Positions 57,882 through 64,000 of a stretch of DNA of 64,000 nt are shown here, piece after piece; the stretch's first letter is position 1, and every line of letters begins with the position of its first letter. Below the pieces are notes generated by a model. It was not told the DNA's origin and made no database searches. It saw only the letters and a program-made list of their open reading frames with translations. Position numbers and translations under genes: made by a program. Source of the stretch: Caldisericia bacterium (GTDB taxonomy: Bacteria > Caldisericota > Caldisericia > JAAYUI01); NCBI GenBank assembly GCA_963674785.1, contig OY771555.1, positions 1,088,001-1,152,000 of the forward strand, in the 5' to 3' direction.

Positions 57882-59102
57882 TTATTCGGCGGATTCTTCT
57901 TTAGCCGGCTTCTCTTTTTTAGGAAGCTGCTTTGCAACAAGCTCAATGATGTCTTGAGACTTGAGGTTAACCCCTGCTCTTTTGGCTGTATCTTTAAGCT
58001 GCTTCTTGCAGGCTGGGCATGCTGTCATTACAACCTCAGCGTACTCTGCAAGGCTTGCAGCACGCTTCTGACCTATGCTTTCTGCCATCTCGGCATTGGT
58101 CATGAGCATGTCACCACCAGCACCACAGCAGTTGGATTTCTCACGACTTTCTGGGTGTTCAACAAATGTGATGCCCGGAATCATCTTGATGACATTCCTT
58201 GGGGCATCATATACACCGGCGTTTCTTCCAAGGTCGCAACCATCATGGTATGTGACGGTCTCTTCCTTTTTAGCTGGTTCGAGTTTGACTTTTCCACTCT
58301 TGAGGATCTCTTCAACATATTCTGTTGCATGTTTGACCTCAAATGGCAATTCTTCATGAAGATAATGAGAGTATTCATCTCTCCAGGTTTTCATACACGC
58401 TGGACAAGCCGAAACCATCAATTTCGCACCGTATTTTTTAATGACATCCAGGTTGTGTCGCATCAGGGAAACAGCATCTTTTACTTTACCAGCAGAGAGA
58501 AGTGGGAAACCACAACAGTATTCATCTTCACCCATGATGGCGAATTTGATACCGGCTGCTTCCATGACCTGAGCAAATGATCTTACCATTGGCTGAGATT
58601 GTGGGTAGTATGCACCCATACACCCAACAAAAAGCACTACATCGGCTTTTTCAACCTTTGATGGGTCGAAATCAAGTTTTGCTTTTTTGAGCCAAACATT
58701 TCTTTCTTCATTTGGTTGGTCGGCAACATTTTTCTTTTCTGAGATTGTTTTTCCGACCATCTCAACAACGTCAATCTTTACACCAGAGTCCATGCACATT
58801 TCTCTGAGGTCTATCCAGACTTCTGGGAAGTTGATGTCTGTGATACACTCAACACCACATCTTCCACACATTGTGCATTCAAAAACTCTTTTGCTGTATT
58901 CTTCAGTTATCTTTGGTCTTGACCATGGCCTTGCATACAGAATGTCTCTTGCGTGTAAAACCTTTGACCTTGCGGATGCTGAAAGCCATCCGGATTCTGT
59001 TGCTGTTGGGCAGTTTACACGGCATGAACCGCACTGGATGCACTTTCTAATCTGTTCTCTCAGGAGTTTGTACTTATTTTTTGCGATTGCCATAGTTACC
59101 AC
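57882..59102 (-). CDS. (Fe-S)-binding protein, GlcF/HdrD-like with two CCG domains
   Basis: CIQCGSCRVNCP, CTMCGRCGVEC, FVGC, EYCCG, CPAC, YHDGCDLGR, NCCGAGG. Confidence 0.9.
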   Translation of the reverse strand: MVTMAIAKNKYKLLREQIRKCIQCGSCRVNCPTATESGWLSASARSKVLHARDILYARPWSRPKITEEYSKRVFECTMCGRCGVECITDINFPEVWIDLREMCMDSGVKIDVVEMVGKTISEKKNVADQPNEERNVWLKKAKLDFDPSKVEKADVVLFVGCMGAYYPQSQPMVRSFAQVMEAAGIKFAIMGEDEYCCGFPLLSAGKVKDAVSLMRHNLDVIKKYGAKLMVSACPACMKTWRDEYSHYLHEELPFEVKHATEYVEEILKSGKVKLEPAKKEETVTYHDGCDLGRNAGVYDAPRNVIKMIPGITFVEHPESREKSNCCGAGGDMLMTNAEMAESIGQKRAASLAEYAEVVMTACPACKKQLKDTAKRAGVNLKSQDIIELVAKQLPKKEKPAKEESAE

Positions 59103-60574
59103 CTCCTCTTGATTCCGCCTGTTAACCAGCAGACAGGTTCAAGACATTTCATTGCAGAGAAATAAAGCGATGGTCTTAGGAAGAATGGTGGGTCTGTCCA
59201 TTTCCCAGGATTGAGGATCCATGCCTCATCAAGGGATTCCTTCCTACTTATAAAGGCATCTCGATCTTCCTTTGTGCGAAGGGAATAGACGTATGGGGTG
59301 TTAAGCAGTCCAATTCCACCATTTGGAGCTCCGCCATATTTAAGAGCCCGAAGGATGATCTCCATCTGATATGGGGCGGTTGACATAAATTTTACAAGTG
59401 AAAGCTCGTTACCCAAAACCATGAAGAACATAATTCCAGCCTGATCTGGAGAGAGGAGTTCTCCCTTGTAACCCATTTTAAACTTGAGCTTCATTGTGTT
59501 TGTGAGGAATGCATCGAGGCTTTCAACTGGAACTGAAATGTCGGCAGGTGTCACAGAGCTGAATGCGTTTTTGATTCTGAAGTAATCAAGTCTTTCTTCG
59601 TATTCTTCATCAGCCGTTTCTTCTGGAAGAACCTTGATTTCAGGGTCTTCTGTAACTATCGCTTTGATATGTTCTGAGCCAAGTCCGACTTCTTTTGCAG
59701 TTCCTTCAAGCCTGATTACGACACTGATGTTTTCTTCAGTGTGTTCAGGTGCGTGGAAACCGGCCTGTTCAAGAAGATCAAGATATGCACCGTTTACAAA
59801 CTCAACAAAATAGATTCCATCAAGCATCGCAAGCTTTTTGGCATACATGGAGAAATGTGTGTGGTTTTTGAAAAGTAGAAGATGTGTTTTTGTGGCTTCT
59901 GGATTTTTTCGAATCTCAAGAATAACACTTGTGATTATTGCCATCATTCCTTCAGAATGGAAGAAGTCATCGAATTCTATGAGTTTGCCATCCTCTGTTT
60001 TCGCTGATTTTCCAGCTTTTACATTGACAATCTCACCAGATGGCAATACTGCCTCAACTTCATGGATGAGTTTTTTGATGTGTCCAAAGGCGATGCTTCC
60101 GATTCCATAACCCTCAGTTTGCATCCAGCCAGCAACGGTTGATGATCTGTAGGATGTTGGATATGTTTTGAGGCAGTAGCCGTGTTTTTTAAGCTCGAAT
60201 TCAATCTGAGACCAGATAGCACCTGCTTCAACCTTTACGGTACAATTCTTCTCGTTGATTTCGCCAACCTTGTCCATAGCAAGCATTTCACAGGATATAC
60301 CGGCACGTCTTGGAACTGCCTGAAAATATCCAGCTGTTCCACCACCTCTTGGTGTAACTGGAACTTTGTTTTTGGTTGCCCAGGAAAGAAGAGACGAGAT
60401 CTGTTCAGCTGTCTCTGGTCTTACAACAACCTGCGGGATGTGTCCTTTGAAAGCCCAGTAGGCCTCTCCTGGAAGCGGAGTTACATCGAATCCGTAAAAC
60501 CGTCTCTCATAGGGACTTGAGGTAACTTTGATGCCCATTTCGGCAATCTTCTCATGAATAAGCTTGGTTTTCAC
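59096..60574 (-). CDS. FAD-binding oxidoreductase (GlcD/D-lactate dehydrogenase family)
   Basis: PQVVVRP, PVTPRGGGT, VEAGAIW, STVAGW, SEGMMAII, GIG, ILNPGK. Confidence 0.85.
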   Translation of the reverse strand: MKTKLIHEKIAEMGIKVTSSPYERRFYGFDVTPLPGEAYWAFKGHIPQVVVRPETAEQISSLLSWATKNKVPVTPRGGGTAGYFQAVPRRAGISCEMLAMDKVGEINEKNCTVKVEAGAIWSQIEFELKKHGYCLKTYPTSYRSSTVAGWMQTEGYGIGSIAFGHIKKLIHEVEAVLPSGEIVNVKAGKSAKTEDGKLIEFDDFFHSEGMMAIITSVILEIRKNPEATKTHLLLFKNHTHFSMYAKKLAMLDGIYFVEFVNGAYLDLLEQAGFHAPEHTEENISVVIRLEGTAKEVGLGSEHIKAIVTEDPEIKVLPEETADEEYEERLDYFRIKNAFSSVTPADISVPVESLDAFLTNTMKLKFKMGYKGELLSPDQAGIMFFMVLGNELSLVKFMSTAPYQMEIILRALKYGGAPNGGIGLLNTPYVYSLRTKEDRDAFISRKESLDEAWILNPGKWTDPPFFLRPSLYFSAMKCLEPVCWLTGGIKRRW

Positions 60575-60619
60575 TTATACCGTCTCCTTTCCATCAAATC
60601 ATCGGCGTTTTGCTTTTGA

Positions 60620-60880
60620 TTATTTTCCAATAAGTTTTTCGATTAATCTTCGAAGGGTTTCAACTTTTTCGTCTTTGATTTTTACATCAACGCACTCAGC
60701 AAGTTTGTTTTCAATCAGCAGATAACCGATTTTGCCAATCCCAGCTCTTACTGCAGACACCTGATGTGCTATCTCTTCGCATGGTCTGTCCTCTCTTACC
60801 ATACGCGAAAGACCTCTCACCTGTCCTTCGATTTTTGCAAGTCTTGTAATTAGACTTTTTTGGAATTCTTCACTTCTCAT
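60620..60880 (-). CDS. CsoR/RcnR family repressor, CstR-like (Cys-Cys, no Cu-liganding His)
   Basis: RLAKIEGQVRGL.RM....PC....QVSAV; ENKLAEC has K at the usual His position. Confidence 0.85.
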   Translation of the reverse strand: MRSEEFQKSLITRLAKIEGQVRGLSRMVREDRPCEEIAHQVSAVRAGIGKIGYLLIENKLAECVDVKIKDEKVETLRRLIEKLIGK

Positions 60881-60947
60881 ACTTTAACCCATTATGCCAG
60901 GGCAAGGAGATTTAGACAAGTCAGTTTTTAAATAAATATTATTAAAA

Positions 60948-61430
60948 TCAAGAATTCTGACTCTCAATATCGAGAAGACGTGTTTTCATGTTCATGCCAT
61001 ATTTGTAGTTACCGCCATGATTTTTTGCAACAACTCTGTGGCAGGGGATAATTATTATGATTGGAATTTTCTTAAGGGCACTTCCGACCGCTCTGCTTGC
61101 TCTCGGGTGACCGGCGATTTCTGCAATATCCGAATAGGTGACTGTTTCACCATACTCAACCTCTTCAAAAACTGTTAACCAGACTTTCTTTTGAAACTCA
61201 GTCCCATCAAGATCAAGTTTCACATCAAACCTTTTTCTTTCACCTGATAGATATTCATTCATCTGGGTTCTAATATTTTTTGCAAAATAGGAAAGGGATT
61301 CTTCTTCGGTTAAATCTTGTTCTGTCGGCAAAAAACCCGACAATTTCCCGTCAGATTCGATCAACAGGAAATTGCCAAGTTCGGTTTTTATAACGAATTC
61401 AAGCGACATTATTCGGTTGGCGATTCCCAT
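60948..61430 (-). CDS. ogt: Methylated-DNA-[protein]-cysteine S-methyltransferase (likely start MSLEF at 61409)
   Basis: GTEFQKKVW, YGETVTY, ASRAVG, IPCHRVV. Confidence 0.92.
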   Translation of the reverse strand: MGIANRIMSLEFVIKTELGNFLLIESDGKLSGFLPTEQDLTEEESLSYFAKNIRTQMNEYLSGERKRFDVKLDLDGTEFQKKVWLTVFEEVEYGETVTYSDIAEIAGHPRASRAVGSALKKIPIIIIIPCHRVVAKNHGGNYKYGMNMKTRLLDIESQNS

Positions 61431-62311
61431 TTTTCGAGTGTCAATGTGAGTGTCATTTTTGGAGTCTCGAGTGTTCCAGCTTCAAGCCTTTGGGCACCGG
61501 GATGAGACATATATCCCTGATCCTGCTCGTATTTTATCATTCTTCCAGTATCTTTTTCGTACCATAATCTCTGGGCGTATTCATTGGCATAGATTCCAGC
61601 GGCATATGTATGATATACGTTATTGTTGATCATGATATCATGCTCTTCGCCTAACCAAATCATTCCCTGAAGTGGTGTTCCAGACTTGTTTGTGAAATAT
61701 GTAAAGTATTTTTTGAAATCTGGCTTATAAGGAATTGTTGGAGTGTGCCAAACGACTTCGTCACCATCAAGATATTCCTCGCCTTCGAATGTTTCGATGA
61801 ATTTAATATCGTTGGATCTTGATCCTGCAGGTGTTTCCTCAGTCCAGCTTACCATTCCATTCCCATAATTTGAATTTGTTTTGTGCCATCCGGAGACATC
61901 TCCATCCCATGATAGTTCATAGCTAGATGTAAGAGGTTTCCAGTCCTCAAACCTGACTGCAGTTTCTCCAATGCTTTCAATATTTTGAGTGAGTCCCCAC
62001 GCACTATCTTGATATTGGGTTGTTGACTCGTTTTTTATCTTTAAAACCTTCTGCCCATCAATTTCATCATGTGTAAATGTGTAGGTCACTTTACCGATGT
62101 AAATGTTGTCGGCAAACATGTTGTATGTCGCCTTTGTGCCATCTAAGTAAAGATTTTCGTTGACGGATGTTTCAACTGTTGGTGTTCTTTGTTCACACCC
62201 AATAGAAACTATCATAACCACTGCAAGACAAAGGATAAAATATTTCTTCATAATATCTGATGTTATTTCCTGCTTTGTTTTTTTCAAGGTTTTCATATCT
62301 GTATTACTCAT
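61409..62311 (-). CDS. Hypothetical lipoprotein (likely start MKKYF near 62251)
   Basis: Lipobox SIGC; beta-rich sequence. Confidence 0.65.
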   Translation of the reverse strand: MSNTDMKTLKKTKQEITSDIMKKYFILCLAVVMIVSIGCEQRTPTVETSVNENLYLDGTKATYNMFADNIYIGKVTYTFTHDEIDGQKVLKIKNESTTQYQDSAWGLTQNIESIGETAVRFEDWKPLTSSYELSWDGDVSGWHKTNSNYGNGMVSWTEETPAGSRSNDIKFIETFEGEEYLDGDEVVWHTPTIPYKPDFKKYFTYFTNKSGTPLQGMIWLGEEHDIMINNNVYHTYAAGIYANEYAQRLWYEKDTGRMIKYEQDQGYMSHPGAQRLEAGTLETPKMTLTLTLEKWESPTE

Positions 62312-62402
62312 TGGTCATTGATTTTGTTTCATGATATTGACGGTTTTAATGATCTTAATTCAAAGTTGATAATAACTTAGAATTTGACCTGCTGAACCAT
62401 TT

Positions 62403-62418
62403 ACATAGAATATAGTAT
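62403..62418. promoter_or_regulatory. Possible NrdR box
   Basis: ACATAGAATATAGTAT matches about 12/16 of acaCwAtATaTwGtgt upstream of nrdJ; no clear second box. Confidence 0.3.
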
Positions 62419-62496
62419 TCGTTTTTGAGACGATTTATTAGATGTGAAGAAGCAAAGAAATGCTCATGAAAAGGGCATTAACCGACAGGGGTGAAG

Positions 62497-64000
62497 ATGA
62501 AAGAGCCTGCAGTTACAAAGAACGCTTTAGCTGTTTTGAACAAGAGGTATTTGAAGAAGGATAAAGAGGGCAATCCGATTGAAAAACCAATTGATATGTT
62601 CATGCGGGTTGCAAGAACTGTAGCTGAGCCTGACAAACTATATGGTGCTGATGATGGTCGAGTTGAAAGAACCTACAAGCAATTTCTAGATGTCATGCTT
62701 GACCTGGATTTCCTGCCAAACTCACCAACTCTTATGAATGCAGGAAGAGAGCTTGGTCAACTTTCGGCTTGTTTTGTTCTTCCTGTTGACGATTCAATTG
62801 AATCAATTTTTGATGCGATCAAGTATACTGCGATAATTCATAAAAGTGGTGGTGGAACTGGATTTTCATTCTCAAGACTAAGACCAAATCTTGATAAAGT
62901 TGGCTCAACAGGTGGCGTTTCATCTGGTCCTGTTTCGTTTATGAAGGTTTTTGATGCCTCGACTGAGGCTATCAAGCAGGGTGGCACACGTCGCGGAGCA
63001 AATATGGGTATCCTCAGGGTAGATCATCCCGATATCCTTGAATTTATCAAATGTAAAAGTGTTGATGGAGAAATAAGTAATTTCAATATTTCTGTAGGAT
63101 TGACCGCAGAGTTTATGAGGGCAGTTGAGCATGATCAGGAATACCCACTCATTAATCCTAGAGATGGTAAGGAAGTCTCAAGGATCAGGGCAAAGGAAGT
63201 ATTTGATCTGATCGTAGATATGGCCTGGAAGAATGGTGAGCCGGGAATCGTGTTCCTCGACAGACTAAATGCCGATAACCCAACACCTTCTATTGGTGAG
63301 ATTGAATCGACCAATCCTTGTGGAGAACAACCACTCTTGCCTTATGAAGCTTGCAACCTTGGTTCAATAAACCTTGCTCATTTTGTAAAAGATGGCGAAG
63401 TTGATTGGACTAGATTAGAGAAAGTAACAAAGATAGCAACTCATTTCCTTGATAATGTTATTGATGCAAACAAATACCCACTTCCTCAGATTACGGAGAT
63501 GTGTCAAGCCAATAGAAAAATTGGTCTTGGAGTTATGGGTTGGGCAGATATGCTTTTCCTACTAAGAGTTCCATATAACTCCGAAGAAGCGGTTTCTTTG
63601 GCTGAAAAGGTGATGGGTTTCATCCTTGAAAAGGCGAGAGAAAAATCGAAAGAAATAGCCGAACTTAGGGGGCCATTTCCAAACTACAAGATTTCGACCT
63701 TTGCAAATGCTGGAGAACCTCCAATTAGAAATGCCACAATAACAACGATTGCACCAACCGGAACAATTTCGATGGTTGCAAACGCTTCATCCGGAGTTGA
63801 GCCTGTTTTTTCACTTGCCTATATAAGAAATATTATGGGTGGAAAAAAGTTCTTTGAGGTCAATTCTGTTTTTGAGGAGGAGATGAAAAAGACTGGGTTC
63901 TATAGTGATGAGCTTCTCGAAAAGGTCGCATCAGAGGGAACTCTCCATGGAAATCCAGATATCCCGAATGATGTAGCTGATGTCTACAAATGTGCTCATG
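62497..64000 (+). CDS. nrdJ: Vitamin B12-dependent (class II) ribonucleotide reductase, 3'-partial; absent from the ORF track
   Basis: Own translation from ATG 62497 (SD AGGGGTG): KRYL, FLPNSPTLMNAG, QLSACFV, GGGTG, GGTRRGANMG, GEPG, TNPCGEQPL..YEACNLGSINL, RKIGLGVMG, RNA..TTIAPTGTIS, SSGVEP. Confidence 0.95.
   Translation, partial: MKEPAVTKNALAVLNKRYLKKDKEGNPIEKPIDMFMRVARTVAEPDKLYGADDGRVERTYKQFLDVMLDLDFLPNSPTLMNAGRELGQLSACFVLPVDDSIESIFDAIKYTAIIHKSGGGTGFSFSRLRPNLDKVGSTGGVSSGPVSFMKVFDASTEAIKQGGTRRGANMGILRVDHPDILEFIKCKSVDGEISNFNISVGLTAEFMRAVEHDQEYPLINPRDGKEVSRIRAKEVFDLIVDMAWKNGEPGIVFLDRLNADNPTPSIGEIESTNPCGEQPLLPYEACNLGSINLAHFVKDGEVDWTRLEKVTKIATHFLDNVIDANKYPLPQITEMCQANRKIGLGVMGWADMLFLLRVPYNSEEAVSLAEKVMGFILEKAREKSKEIAELRGPFPNYKISTFANAGEPPIRNATITTIAPTGTISMVANASSGVEPVFSLAYIRNIMGGKKFFEVNSVFEEEMKKTGFYSDELLEKVASEGTLHGNPDIPNDVADVYKCAH

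Noticed and set aside
1-64000. CRISPR array, tRNA/rRNA, IS element, integrase or prophage
   Set aside because: No regularly spaced repeats, cloverleafs, rRNA-like tracts or recombinase/phage motifs were seen; the repeats found are coding modules.

Overview
A low-GC window from an anaerobic bacterium. The many secreted proteins with copper-amine-oxidase N-terminal ('stalk') domains and PQQ-like beta-propellers suggest a Caldisericota-like organism (inference). In order, it holds: (i) a DsrE2-TusA-DsrE/F/H sulfur-relay operon behind a CsoR/CstR-type operator; (ii) an ~18 kb tandem array of variable beta-propeller + conserved stalk-domain surface proteins, with mosaic or duplicated 3' modules and in-frame stops; (iii) a minus-strand operon of a SAM methyltransferase, two 2-hydroxyacyl-CoA-dehydratase-like proteins and an activator/Cys-rich linker/double-cubane-like reductase fusion; (iv) an M6 protease, nfnAB, amrS, maf and minC; (v) more large surface proteins, two of them sharing an apparently identical ~626-bp module; (vi) menG/ubiE, a DUF3800 gene, a CstR-like regulator with GlcD/GlcF-like genes, ogt and a partial nrdJ. 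There are two best candidates for undescribed systems. One is an unannotated 29-codon leader ORF (M-N-C-V-UGA) with a SECIS-like hairpin and a structured 5' leader in front of the methyltransferase/dehydratase operon. The other is a ~65-nt three-hairpin RNA with its own promoter, converging on the DUF3800 gene. No rRNA, tRNA, CRISPR array, transposase or reverse transcriptase was seen. All calls come from reading motifs by eye; no searches were run.
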